From positions 1,248,001 to 1,312,000 of the forward strand of contig CP000067.1 in assembly GCA_000002445.1 (NCBI GenBank): 64,000 bases of DNA, read 5' to 3'. Made by a program: the position numbers and the translations under genes. Of the stretch, positions 22,776-33,309 are shown in pieces. The notes beneath the pieces are model-generated. The model made no database searches and was not told the origin of the DNA. It saw only the letters and a list, made by a program, of their open reading frames with translations. Source of the DNA: Trypanosoma brucei (Eukaryota). Position 1 is the stretch's first letter. Each line of letters opens with the position of its first letter.

Positions 22776-24177
22776 GCAGTTGCCCATGAAAGTGGATCCG
22801 TGCTTTGGACATAAATTACATAGGCATATATACGAAGAGAGCGAGGGAGAAAAGGTATTGAGAAGATAGAAATCAAAACTTACAGAGGAGGTAAAAAGAT
22901 ATTTTTATGTTCATTGTGGCGCTTTGTTGAACAGGATGGTAAACCCAAATACTTACGCTCACGAGCTAGGGTACATATTAACGCTTGTCTATGCTGGTGC
23001 TATCGGTGTCTGACTTCACAGTGAAAACAGCAAGGGGTAGCAACGACCACACAAATCAAGAAGGAAGAAAAAAGTCATCTGTTTTTGCACATGGATACCC
23101 CGCTACAACTGCAACCATTCGCTTTGTTGTGTTTGCCAGAAAATATCGTGAGGGGGAAAGCGACAGAACCGTATGCTCGTAAGAAGGAGTTGTAAGAAAG
23201 TTTCCTTTTTTTTTTTCTGGTCACCTTGAGCACTGAACGACACCTTCCCTATACTCCCTACACCTTGAAACACCCAAAGCGCTTACTCCAACTTTCGCAT
23301 GTTCAATGCATCGAAAGAAGATTTAGATGTGAATGCAGCCCCACCTGTATTCGTAGACATCTCATTTTTGTTCGGCACGTGCCAATTTGCATAATCGTAT
23401 CGGGGATGACAAAACAGCACTTTGTTCTCTAGGGCTCAGCGTGTTATGGATGACAAGTTCCCAACAACACAATGCCACGGGTTAAGGGCTTCTGCCCCCT
23501 CCCTCCCCCCCCCGCCCAACTTGGGGATGGTATGCGTGCGTTGGGGAGGAGTTAGCGGTGAGAATGATAGTCACGAGAAGGATGAGCGGTAACGCAAACA
23601 AGAAGAGGCGGGGAGCAAGTGGCAACCATAGAGTTGGATGATAGGATCTTCACCACCAACTAACTGTTCCCCACCCAACCGCCGCTAGTTTGTCTGACGC
23701 GTACGCCTTCAATACACTCACCCCTTTTCACCCCAAACTCCACTGCTATTCAAAAGGGGGTGAGTATCGCAAGGACACGCAGGAGTGGCACCAACCCAAA
23801 TTCGCTCAACGCATTGTACCTTCTCCCAGCCCCTCGCTGCCGCCGTAATCCTGAACTTTGGGAACATAATTTTCTCAGTAACAGTCGGAGAACGGGACGG
23901 CGAGCAAAACTGTTCGCTGCACTCACCCACACTGTGACGTTTTCTACGCACGGACAAGCAGCTTTTCTTTTCGTCGAATTGAAAACTTGCAGAAGTACCG
24001 GGGCAGCAACGCTGACTATGACGACGACCAATTCGATCATGGCGTACTCACCGCCGGAAGGCTCTGCGGTGAAGCTGAGGAGAAACACCTGGCCTGCACC
24101 CCTGACGTGGATGCGGCTGACCCAGCGACAGCCCTCATACACCAGCGACTTGCGCAACGGGTACACAGCCAAAATCT

Positions 24178-25860
24178 TCAAGGCCCCGGCTTCGACAAAC
24201 AATTATACTGGGCCCAGTCGACGTTGGCAAAAAAATCGTGCTTCTTTAAGGATTCAAAACCCCCTGTTTCGTCAGAACCCAGACGATCGCATGGTTCACA
24301 CCTAAGAAGAAGTTGCACAAGATTCTGAGCATCTGTTGGGAAGGTTTCGGGGAAGGCGATGCTGCCATTCTGATACTCCTTTATCGCCGACATCATGAGC
24401 ACATGAGTTTTCCCCTGGATCGGTGTTTGACCTGCGAAGAGTTCGAACACAACGCAGCCGAGGGACCATAAGTCGCTCGTCGATGTCGCTTTTCCTGTCT
24501 TCACCACCTCTGGAGCCATGTAGGCGACGGTGCCCCCGAATGTGTTCGCTGCGGGGTCATCAATTTTGCAAGCCGAACCAAAATCAGCCAGCTTTACGTG
24601 GTGGTCTTTAGTAAGCAAAATATTACACGGTTTAATATCACGGTGTGCGACGCCATGTTGTCGTAGGTACTCTAACGCCAGAACAATTTCAGCTATCATG
24701 CGAGGGACAGTAAGTTGTAGATCCTCCGCCGATGCTTCTTTGGCATACTCCTGAAGTGTACCCCCTTCAGCAACTTCCATAACAAGATAGAGTTCCGTCT
24801 CATCCTCCGCTACTCCATGCACAAAAACTAGAGAAGGGTGTTGAAGGGTACAACTGAGATGGACCTCCGAGTGGAAGGCAACTACAAACTGCTGACGCTT
24901 TGACAAACGACCTTTGTCTACTCGTTTCACCGCCACCACTGTTGACAACTCTTTTTGGGTTGATGGTTCTGTTGTGGCTTCCAAATCCCCCAACCGAGAA
25001 GTGTCAGTCCTACTAGAGACAAATTGGTCGCGACATGGCTGTGGGGAGTCGGCTACAGTAGTCGATATACAGGAATGACTTGACGATTGGGTGCTCACGC
25101 AAGATGTTGACGCCAAAAAGGCATCCTCTAAGTCACACATGCCCCCGTCCGAGTCACGGTTTAGTGTACTTCGGCCGCACTTAACACCATCCCCAGCAGC
25201 GGTGCCCTCAGCCATATCAGAGAAAGAGCAGCCATTCTCTGTGTTGGCGCTACCATGCTTGCTACGACAGTCCCCAGCGGCTACATCAGCAACAGCAGAG
25301 ATCGAATCACTACGAGCAGCAGCGCTCCCAAAGTTTCGTGGCGGCTCTGTGGGGCTTATGCTAATATCGTCCGCAGGGCCCCCTGTTGCAGCTCCGGAGC
25401 TGCGACACGGGGGCGCGACTCGGGGAAGTCCTAATACCGGATCTACGTGGCATTCCACTGCGCTAACATTACGTGCCAACTCTCCATACACTACTTCCCC
25501 AAACGAACCATGGCCCAATACCCTATCCAGGAGCCGGAGCCACCCTCTAGGTAGAATCTTGTCCGCTGGTGCATTCAACACAGTTTGCAGCATCTCAGGC
25601 AAGTTAAGGAAGTGTGCATTCAACGTGGATGTGCCCCGCGTAGAGCACGTGGGGGATGCTGCAGATTGCGCCGACACTTCGTAAAATACACTAACCGACC
25701 GGCGGTGACCCATGGCGCGACGTGCAGCAGGTCTTAGACGCTGCGCAGGCATACCGGCAGTTACGGTTGGGGACCCCTCCACATTTGTGGTTGGTGTGCT
25801 GACGGCGTCCCCTAATACCTGCTTGACCGGAAGCTCCTGCTGGGGTTCAGACGGCACCAT
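24178..25860 (-). CDS. AGC-family Ser/Thr protein kinase, PDK1-like. It has a ~190-aa low-complexity insertion between the Gly-rich loop and the catalytic Lys, and no C-terminal PH domain.
   Basis: Motifs: LGHGSFGEV (GxGxxG), VVAVKRV (beta3 Lys), HRDIKPCNILL (catalytic loop), DFGSACKI (DFG), GTVAYMAPE (APE), and a C-terminal HDFFANVDW tail. DFG/APE spacing and the tail resemble PDK1 as recalled from human PDK1. Confidence 0.8.
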   Translation of the reverse strand: MVPSEPQQELPVKQVLGDAVSTPTTNVEGSPTVTAGMPAQRLRPAARRAMGHRRSVSVFYEVSAQSAASPTCSTRGTSTLNAHFLNLPEMLQTVLNAPADKILPRGWLRLLDRVLGHGSFGEVVYGELARNVSAVECHVDPVLGLPRVAPPCRSSGAATGGPADDISISPTEPPRNFGSAAARSDSISAVADVAAGDCRSKHGSANTENGCSFSDMAEGTAAGDGVKCGRSTLNRDSDGGMCDLEDAFLASTSCVSTQSSSHSCISTTVADSPQPCRDQFVSSRTDTSRLGDLEATTEPSTQKELSTVVAVKRVDKGRLSKRQQFVVAFHSEVHLSCTLQHPSLVFVHGVAEDETELYLVMEVAEGGTLQEYAKEASAEDLQLTVPRMIAEIVLALEYLRQHGVAHRDIKPCNILLTKDHHVKLADFGSACKIDDPAANTFGGTVAYMAPEVVKTGKATSTSDLWSLGCVVFELFAGQTPIQGKTHVLMMSAIKEYQNGSIAFPETFPTDAQNLVQLLLRCEPCDRLGSDETGGFESLKKHDFFANVDWAQYNCLSKPGP

Positions 25861-26620
25861 TTCGTTCCACAGTAATCACACACAAAAGTTCGTTTGCAGA
25901 CCAAGCTTCAAAGGCGATACAATGCAGAATGAGAGCAATCTGCTAAGTTCTGCCCAGTACTAACTTATCCTAATGTTGGTTTACGTGACTTTGCGTCTCC
26001 ACAAACCAACAACTTCTGTCGTGTGCCGGGCAGGTAAGTGCCCCGTCAAGCGTAATTTTGGGTGCTCACGTTGCACCCGCAAACGTGCTCAACTGCTTTG
26101 TCAGCTGTCGAATAAGTTGTTGGGTTGGCTCTTTGTGTTAAAATTTTTTAAAAAAAGGGAGAGCAAACGGTGAAGGGTTGAGCTTTGAACCTAGAAGCAG
26201 AAGAAAATTAAAAGGAAACAGAAGCTATTACAAACGGTGGGGGAACCCCAAAATTCTGTGGGCAACAGCTGAAAACCCCTCACCACTCACCAACTTCGTG
26301 TGAGAGAAAAAATGAATTATTTGCAAGATCTGCGGTGAGTCCAGCCGCATATACTTCGTTGAAAAGAGAATCCCAATCGGAAATCTCGTGACGCCAGGTT
26401 TCAACAGCATTGGAGGAGTGCCCAACATACGACTGGGGTAGCAGCAGTTGAGACCTCAGTAGCCTGGTCAGTGAATATCGATAAAAGATGCACTCCACCA
26501 CACAACAATGCATGCAGAACAGGTGCTTGCTCCGTACAGAAGCACAAACCGGAACGCAATCGTTTCGGGCGGCAACTCACGTGCCTTCAACTTCTGGTGT
26601 GCATCCACAACGGTCACAAA

Positions 26621-27403
26621 CTAGGGGGGCTTTAATTGTTCCTTTCGTTTTCGCCACCAAACTTCCATGTTATGTGATTCCCTTCTCCTCATCGTGTCGA
26701 CAGCATCCTGCCCGAGCTCTCGTGGGTCAGGAACAGAGAACAAACGGTACTCACCCATTGTCACCGGACGTTGCTGAAGCTGCCCTCGGGCGTGCTGTCG
26801 CTTGAAGTGGGAAAGATTAAACTCCAAATCAGTTTGCATCCTGGGCACCACGTGTCGTTTCCAACGTTCTTGCACCTCTCGTGTGCTCTGCTCCTGTACG
26901 CATGTGCGATCCGCAACCCTGCGTTGGATTTCATCCTCCTCCTGCTTCATCTGAGCGCTATACTGCCCGACATAATAGTCCCACTCCTTTTCCGAGAGCT
27001 TCCGTCGCCACTGTGGTGCCTCCGTACGGCGGCGCTCCGTTTCATAGTTCCACAACCACGGATTCCACGTCCCCTGCACAGAGCGTCGCTGGAAGTGCAA
27101 ATGCGAAGCACAGAAAGGCTGATCGTAGTCGTTAGCGGTGCTCACAAGATTGTTCAGTCGTAGGAATATTCCCATCGGGCTCAAATTCTTTGTGTTGTAA
27201 CTACGCTCACTTCCGTCACGATACACTCCGGTGATGGCCATCTCTGGCCACAGACGCGGCCGGAGATCAATGCTAACGCTTGGGTACTTCGCATGGAAGT
27301 GGGGCAGGTGAGTGGCAAGAAACTGTCGTGTGTTTGGGGCCCCGTTGCTGGGGCAATAAGAAATTATCACCTTTTTGAGGCAAAGCTCGCCATTGCGGCT
27401 CAT
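26621..27403 (-). CDS. Mitochondrial ribosomal protein-like, L51/S25/CI-B8 domain (mS25/mL43-type)
   Basis: N-terminus LKKVIISYCPSNGAPNTRQFLATHLPHFHAKYPSVSI...GVYRDGSE fits the thioredoxin-like MRP-L51/S25/CI-B8 domain pattern. Basic, Arg/Trp-rich C-terminal extension. Confidence 0.5.
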   Translation of the reverse strand: MSRNGELCLKKVIISYCPSNGAPNTRQFLATHLPHFHAKYPSVSIDLRPRLWPEMAITGVYRDGSERSYNTKNLSPMGIFLRLNNLVSTANDYDQPFCASHLHFQRRSVQGTWNPWLWNYETERRRTEAPQWRRKLSEKEWDYYVGQYSAQMKQEEDEIQRRVADRTCVQEQSTREVQERWKRHVVPRMQTDLEFNLSHFKRQHARGQLQQRPVTMGEYRLFSVPDPRELGQDAVDTMRRRESHNMEVWWRKRKEQLKPP

Positions 27404-27706
27404 GGTCTACCTTTGTCGCGTCCGGTATTGAATTCCTCACCGCCACCGCCACCACCACTATTTCCACAATAAACTACAACAAAAGTAGTTGTTGTAATCC
27501 TTTTTAAAAAAAACCCATAGCAAATGAGGAAATGAGCGATTCAAAGTGAAGTGATCCCTATCGCTGCCGACGCAAAAACAGTTGGGGAGAGTTGGATCGC
27601 CACCCTCTCCCCCAAAAATAAAAAGCAGTGTAAGCAAAGAGGGCGAAGGAGATACAAGACAGTACTTGTGTGAATTATATAGCACGACGTACAAAGTGAC
27701 AATCAT

Positions 27707-28666
27707 TTACCTATGAAGACCCTGCATCGTCCATGGGATGCGGGCAGGGGTGCGCTGTAGTCCTAGTCGCGCTCCGCTCACCCGCGCCCGTAGCGGCCCC
27801 TTTTCACCGGTAACCCCAGCCATAATACGCTCTGGAGGGTCGGTAGTGTACTCTGCTATTTGTTTCTGAATGTCGCGTAGAAAACCTCGGTGTGGCCAAG
27901 CTGGAAGTTCTCCCGTGGGTCCCTCGGGACCCCGGGATAACTCAAACGTGCGCCAAACAAGTTGACTATGCGCGACGACAGGCGTGGATTCCTTCAGCCG
28001 ATAATATGCTCTGGACATTCGTGGGAATGGGCCTAGCGGCAAGCCACCCTCCTCCACCAGGAACTGTATCGTTGTGAATAGAGGCCAGGTGCTCAAACAG
28101 TCAACCTCCTGTGTTGCCCCATTTCCTCCCCCTCCCTCTTCATTTTCTGTAGTTTGCTGGAGGGAGGCATCGAGAGCCGCTACGCAATCTATCAGGTTTC
28201 CGTGCGTTTGCCGAACCGCTTCCATCTCGCCGATGCTCAAAGCTATAAGCACGTCATCTGCGGCACGCAACACCTGATTGCTCACAACCACTGCATTCAG
28301 GTACGACTGAATTTGTTCATCCAGTGCAGACTGACGCACTGGTGATGCCGATGAAAAGAGGTAGAGTATGTGTTGAGGGTCATGCACGCGCTGCAGCCCG
28401 TGCTCAGCAACACACAGCGGTGATTCCCCTACCGTCCCTATGCTCCCTCCGCTAGTCACGCATTTGCTTCCGTGTAAATTCGGAGGTACAATGGAGATAT
28501 GATTCCCGCACTGTGACAAAGAAACAGTGCCGCCGATGTTGGTCACATTAGCCCCCATGCGTTCTATAGCAAGGGTGTGGCGTTGCCGCAGTGCCCGTAA
28601 AAGCAGTAAGCTGTGGTGCACTGCTGGATGACACAAGAAGGCAACATTACAAGATACAGTAAACAT
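27707..28666 (-). CDS. Hypothetical protein (319 aa)
   Basis: Long ORF on the cluster strand. No family recognised from sequence. Start codon uncertain. Confidence 0.5.
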   Translation of the reverse strand: MFTVSCNVAFLCHPAVHHSLLLLRALRQRHTLAIERMGANVTNIGGTVSLSQCGNHISIVPPNLHGSKCVTSGGSIGTVGESPLCVAEHGLQRVHDPQHILYLFSSASPVRQSALDEQIQSYLNAVVVSNQVLRAADDVLIALSIGEMEAVRQTHGNLIDCVAALDASLQQTTENEEGGGGNGATQEVDCLSTWPLFTTIQFLVEEGGLPLGPFPRMSRAYYRLKESTPVVAHSQLVWRTFELSRGPEGPTGELPAWPHRGFLRDIQKQIAEYTTDPPERIMAGVTGEKGPLRARVSGARLGLQRTPARIPWTMQGLHR

Positions 28667-29330
28667 ACCCGCAAAACACTCGATTCCTGCTCAACCTCAC
28701 CACCACTTTACAATCCGACTTCTTATAGCCTCCTGGGGCCAGCCAACCTAATGTTACCCAGTCGAAAACCAAGAAGGAGCAGACGCATGGCATAGAAAAC
28801 GTCACACATACATGTCGAGACTTTGCACGCACCGTGCTATTAGAAGGTACACAGAAGGGTGTGTGCTCATCAGGCGATCGAATTCTACCGTCCCTTGACT
28901 TACTCTGTGCAAATTATTTCCCCTACACTATGCAGCTAAAAGAACGAACGCTCGTCTTGTGGCTGCAACAGGTCCACGCTTGTGCTTTACACCCACAGTG
29001 TCACTCACATTTTTACCACTCCCTTGCGTTTTGCCGCACCCTGCCGTGCTCAACATATAACATTGCAACGAAGTACACCCGTGCCATAAGGAACGTTGGA
29101 ATTTTTTTAGAAATATAAGGTAAAAAACAGAAAAATAATCCACATTTACGGTGACTGGGAACAGACAAGACTACCTACTTAAAGACAACAAGGAATAAAA
29201 GTTATACATGAACTACTAAGCATGGAACGTACGTAAAATAGTTTCGATAGTACACGATAGCTCCCTTTCACAACTACGTGCATCTTTCCTAACCCTACCA
29301 TTGGCGTTTTACCGGCTCGGACCCCTTTCA

Positions 29331-29813
29331 TCACAGATCTTCAGTCGTCATTGTTAGCATCGGAGGATTTATGTGAAAGTACGGTTTGATAAACTTGCCA
29401 TCCGCTGCCCAAACATCCGAACCCTTGGATTGTGCATATGCCCGCGCGTTCTCCCGCTTGAATTCTTCGGGCCAGTCCTGATAGTATATATGGTAAAACG
29501 ACGAGAAGCACACAGAGATGTATGTCAGATACATAAAAACAAACACTGCGCACCAATTCATAACCACTCGACTCTTTGTCATGCGGTATGTTGAGCGAAT
29601 GCCAAGTTGATACATACACTTCCAGTACCACTCAAAAGATTGCTTGCGCGAAGCACCGATTAGATGAACAGGCATCTCATCCCACGCGACTTTGAAGCGT
29701 TCCAGCGAGTGCATATCAGCGGACAAAAGAGGGCGGTTAGTGCGCAGCATCAGGGCGCGGTGAGACGTTGTGAAGCTCACTGCTGGTGCCGTGCGACGGA
29801 TCATCGCGTGCAA
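29331..29813 (-). CDS. Hypothetical small protein with one predicted transmembrane helix (160 aa)
   Basis: ORF on the cluster strand. Hydrophobic stretch VVMNWCAVFVFMYLTYISVCF. Confidence 0.45.
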   Translation of the reverse strand: MHAMIRRTAPAVSFTTSHRALMLRTNRPLLSADMHSLERFKVAWDEMPVHLIGASRKQSFEWYWKCMYQLGIRSTYRMTKSRVVMNWCAVFVFMYLTYISVCFSSFYHIYYQDWPEEFKRENARAYAQSKGSDVWAADGKFIKPYFHINPPMLTMTTEDL

Positions 29814-30006
29814 AATCCAACTTGCTTAACTTAATAAATCAGTGATACTAATTGTTGTTTTCGGGTTGGTGTGCAGACAATAAAAGTGATAAAACACGGC
29901 CGAAGCAGTGGAGACAAGCAAAAAAACGGCCGATAGGGCCAAAGCGAATGAACATTTAAGCCCGATTTACTAGCGCTCCATTTCACTCGACAGCCCATTA
30001 CGGTAC

Positions 30007-30504
30007 TTAAAAGAACTTGTACCATGCTGAGGCAGGCTCCTCCTTCCAGCTCTTGTTTTTAGTTAAACACACCATCAAGTTTTTGCGTTCCGAATTGCAA
30101 GATGCAATCCGTCCAGCGAGTTTCATTTCCATGGGACACTCTAAACTGCACCGCACCAGCTGTTCATTAAGGGGGTAGCAAGGGTGCTTCGGTGATAGAT
30201 CCAACTTGGCGGGGGGTGCAATCTGTTGGTTATACTCCCGTGTTCCCTGGTCCTTCCACCCTGTCACGATCTCGATATTGTGACTGCTGTCATGTTGGTA
30301 AATCATGTTACGGATCACATGGCCACCGCTCCGGCGGTTCGGATCTACCGGTACTTCAGGATCAGCGCTCATAAGTGCAGTCCCCACAGCCTCCGTCAAT
30401 TTGGATGAATACGCACTGGATATTTTAAGCCGATAAAATGCTTTCTTCGCTAACTCAGCTACCTTTACTACAATTGAGCTCGCCGCTGCATGCCCTAAGT
30501 TCAT
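30007..30504 (-). CDS. Twin Cx9C (CHCH-domain) protein, probably mitochondrial intermembrane-space
   Basis: CYPLNEQLVRC (Cx9C), a 16-aa linker, then CNSERKNLMVC (Cx9C), read directly from the ORF translation. Size of 165 aa is typical for CHCH proteins. Confidence 0.55.
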   Translation of the reverse strand: MNLGHAAASSIVVKVAELAKKAFYRLKISSAYSSKLTEAVGTALMSADPEVPVDPNRRSGGHVIRNMIYQHDSSHNIEIVTGWKDQGTREYNQQIAPPAKLDLSPKHPCYPLNEQLVRCSLECPMEMKLAGRIASCNSERKNLMVCLTKNKSWKEEPASAWYKFF

Positions 30505-30632
30505 GTGTCAGTGATAAGCGACATGAAGCAATTTGAAGATTAAGACTCAAGGACGGATAAGCATATACAGATACAAGTACTTAAACCCCCACCGTGACAT
30601 ACCAGAATCAAAACGATAAATGTGCCTACCAC

Positions 30633-31244
30633 TTACGTAGGAAATGGAAATCTAGTTTTCCACCGTGTGTTATACTGTCCAATCCTGCTCACATCCCTAG
30701 ATATACCCCGTCTTTCTTTTTCGAGGTTAAGTGTCCGTGTGGTGAGTCCCTGTCCACGCCGTTCATTATTCATGCCGCGCGCATCTTCGCGAGCCATGGG
30801 CATCCCTGTCCTAGGATTGCGCACTGCGGGCATGTATTTGTAATATTTGTACGGTTGTTGTTTTCCCCACATCCATGTGCTATGCAGCCACATCTCACGT
30901 TGGTCATGAGACGGCTGGGCGGGGCAGCGAACACAAAGTGTATCGTGGATCCATTCAAAGCGACAGTACTCACATCGCAGCTTCAGCTCGTCCCGAGACA
31001 TGACCATCTGAGGGTCTTTCGATTGCCCTTGGATCTTCTTCATACCATGAGTTGTCCGACCGTCAAAATTATTCCGAGGTAAAAGGATGTGAGAATTCAG
31101 TGGCCCAGCGGATAGACCCAGTGGGAAAAAATTTAGCCTCACAGCTGTGGAGCACAAAAAGAGCATCGGCTTTGTTGTTCCACGCATCGTCCACACTTTC
31201 TTCACGCGCGCGCTATAATTGCCTAACGCAAACGGCCCCGACAC
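30633..31244 (-). CDS. Hypothetical protein (203 aa) with a possible CxxC...CxxC zinc-ribbon-like pair
   Basis: ORF on the cluster strand containing CEYCRFEWIHDTLCVRCP. No family recognised. Confidence 0.45.
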   Translation of the reverse strand: MSGPFALGNYSARVKKVWTMRGTTKPMLFLCSTAVRLNFFPLGLSAGPLNSHILLPRNNFDGRTTHGMKKIQGQSKDPQMVMSRDELKLRCEYCRFEWIHDTLCVRCPAQPSHDQREMWLHSTWMWGKQQPYKYYKYMPAVRNPRTGMPMAREDARGMNNERRGQGLTTRTLNLEKERRGISRDVSRIGQYNTRWKTRFPFPT

Positions 31245-31420
31245 AAGCGCCCCTGCCAGAGGACGCCGAAAAGAGAAAGTAAAGTAGAAGATGGGAAGGA
31301 ATTACGTTAGCTGAAACCTGATTGGACTTCGCAGTTTAACTACACAACCCCCTAAGAGAGATAAACCAATTATTGCATTTCCGTTAGTATGTTACCCACT
31401 TTCGATATTAGTAATTGCTG

Positions 31421-32230
31421 TTAATTAAGGTAAAAAAGACGCAAGTGCTCTTCCTCGCATGGGTGAACCTCTCCTGCAATAACCAGAGAGTGAAGGGGGG
31501 TCCCAAAATCAACTGCACGCAAAGCTTGCATAGGCCCAGCGACGACCTGCTGTGTTGCCGACCCGACTCTCGCCATGCCAACAGCTAGCGTACCCCCGTC
31601 CACAGCAACCGCACCCCTACCCTTTCTCTTCTCAACTGCGAGGATTTGGTCAATTGCTTCACTTATCTTCATGTACCGCGGTGGTTCATAAACTTTCCGA
31701 CCACGCGCAAGATTTTCATCGGAGATCTCCTTTACCTTGATGTCCAATAACACCAAAGTGTGAAGACCTGCGTCACGGTTTGTCTTCAATCTGTCGTACC
31801 ACGAGTCTGGTTTCCATGTCTCAGTCCAGAAACAAAGTGAAAGCACCTGACCAAATCGATAGAGCTGGAGACCACAGCACCCCACGGCATTGATAATGGA
31901 GGCATTATGAATGGCACGACACTCAATCTTCTGTTCCCGACAGCGCACAACCAAGTCGGAGTGCGTCGTTGCCCCAAAGACGTCACCAACAACCAGAAAT
32001 GCAACCTTTTTACTTTCCGCATCCCTCAAAACATCCCCACTCTCCACCATTTCCCTATCAGCGACAATAACAGGCTTCCCATACGCTGCAGAAAGCTCCT
32101 CGGGTGAGCTGTTAATGAGGAACGATGTGTATGCCTCGAGGTAGACAACGTCTGCGTCGTGGACCGCCTTGAGTCCGTTGACTGTGATGTCGTTGGCATC
32201 ACCAAGTCCCAGACCTATTAGGGTGAACAT
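31421..32230 (-). CDS. DPH5: Diphthine synthase (diphthamide biosynthesis methyltransferase, DPH5)
   Basis: MFTLIGLGLGD...VYLEAYTS...FLVVGDVFGATTHSDLVVR...IHNASIINAVGCCGLQLYRFGQ...DSWYDRL...GLHTLVLLDIKVKE aligns nearly end to end with eukaryotic DPH5 as I recall it. Confidence 0.9.
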   Translation of the reverse strand: MFTLIGLGLGDANDITVNGLKAVHDADVVYLEAYTSFLINSSPEELSAAYGKPVIVADREMVESGDVLRDAESKKVAFLVVGDVFGATTHSDLVVRCREQKIECRAIHNASIINAVGCCGLQLYRFGQVLSLCFWTETWKPDSWYDRLKTNRDAGLHTLVLLDIKVKEISDENLARGRKVYEPPRYMKISEAIDQILAVEKRKGRGAVAVDGGTLAVGMARVGSATQQVVAGPMQALRAVDFGTPLHSLVIAGEVHPCEEEHLRLFYLN

Positions 32231-32362
32231 TGGTGCCTCTTCCTACATACAGGGAGGGGGAACAGTGAAGTATCAATCATTCGGCCAGACCAACGTATTA
32301 AATAGCTAGAGCAGGAGGAAACAATTCACAGTGTATTGCCACAAACCGTAATAACATACTCT

Positions 32363-32908
32363 TTAATTGTCCCAATACGTCCGACTTGACAGAAACGGGG
32401 CTAACGCGTATATCAGTCCGTGTGTGTAGGATTCGGCACGATTGAGGTGACCGGCTGTGAGAACTCCCATTGCTCCTTGTCCAGATCTCACGTCCTTCTC
32501 ACCAGTCATTTCGTCCATTATTTCTGCAAGCTCCTTTCCCTCATTGAGGATCTTCTGCATGAGCTTCTGACTCATTTCAAACCTTCCAGATGACCCTGTC
32601 CCCTCGCGTCCACTCGAACGCTCAATGACATGCATCCACCCACATTCAAACCATCTGTCACCGATCTTTTCCAGGCCACCTTCCATTCCTACCCCATAAT
32701 GGGCATCAGGTATGTGCCGTAGCGCCTCTCGGGCGCGGTGTTGAGCCCCTTCTTGTGACTCTCCCGCTGACATGGGTTGAGCTCGGACAGCTGAACTCAC
32801 CTCAACAGGTCTGATGTCGTGTTGTTGATCAGGAAAACACTTGTTAACAACCAAGGCAACAGAGTTCAATTTTGCTTTGTTCGTTGTCCCTACTGCCCAA
32901 ATGATCAT
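32363..32908 (-). CDS. Inosine/xanthosine triphosphatase-like NTPase (YjjX/DUF84 family). The start is placed at the internal Met (MIIWAVGTTNKAK); the ORF-track ATG at 32968 adds 20 unlikely residues.
   Basis: MIIWAVGTTNKAKLNSV at the N-terminus and C-terminal GAMGVLTAGHLNRAESYTHGLIYALAPF match the E. coli YjjX pattern (..VCATTNPAK..., [28 protein letters not shown]). Confidence 0.75.
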   Translation of the reverse strand: MIIWAVGTTNKAKLNSVALVVNKCFPDQQHDIRPVEVSSAVRAQPMSAGESQEGAQHRAREALRHIPDAHYGVGMEGGLEKIGDRWFECGWMHVIERSSGREGTGSSGRFEMSQKLMQKILNEGKELAEIMDEMTGEKDVRSGQGAMGVLTAGHLNRAESYTHGLIYALAPFLSSRTYWDN

Positions 32909-33293
32909 TGTGTTACTAACAGCCACAATAACACTAAGAAACGAGTGCTTGATGCTTGCCGAAACCAAGAAGTAGCACCAGCCACAAGGTTAGAAAAGAT
33001 GTGAGCACAAACGAGAATCGGCCGGTATGTCCGGTTGCACAGGATACAAAAAAGAAAAACAGCAAGACACCTCCATGCGCAAGATGCTGCGACAACATAA
33101 CACCCAAAGACGTACGCCTAGATTGGCAAGTGCACAACCAGCAGCGCATTACGTATCGGTTCTCTCTGATCATACGCATATATGTATGTAGAGTTCAGAA
33201 AGAGAGGAAATGATTACCTACTTGGACTTCCTGTGAGCCAAACACCTAAATAAAGATGGTGGACATCCCGCAGAAACTGAAAATGAGGGTTCC

Positions 33294-33309
33294 AAAAAAA
33301 AAAAAAAAA
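33294..33309 (-). promoter_or_regulatory. T16 polypyrimidine tract on the sense (minus) strand. Candidate trans-splicing signal for the first gene (32363..32908) downstream of the ORF-free region.
   Basis: A16 on the plus strand equals T16 on the coding strand, ~390 nt upstream of the ATG at 32908. Confidence 0.45.

Noticed and set aside
23750-24305. Overlapping ORFs 23750..24202 (-) and 23760..24305 (+) just downstream of the kinase gene
   Set aside because: They overlap each other on opposite strands, lack motifs, and sit where the kinase 3'UTR is expected. They are probably non-coding.
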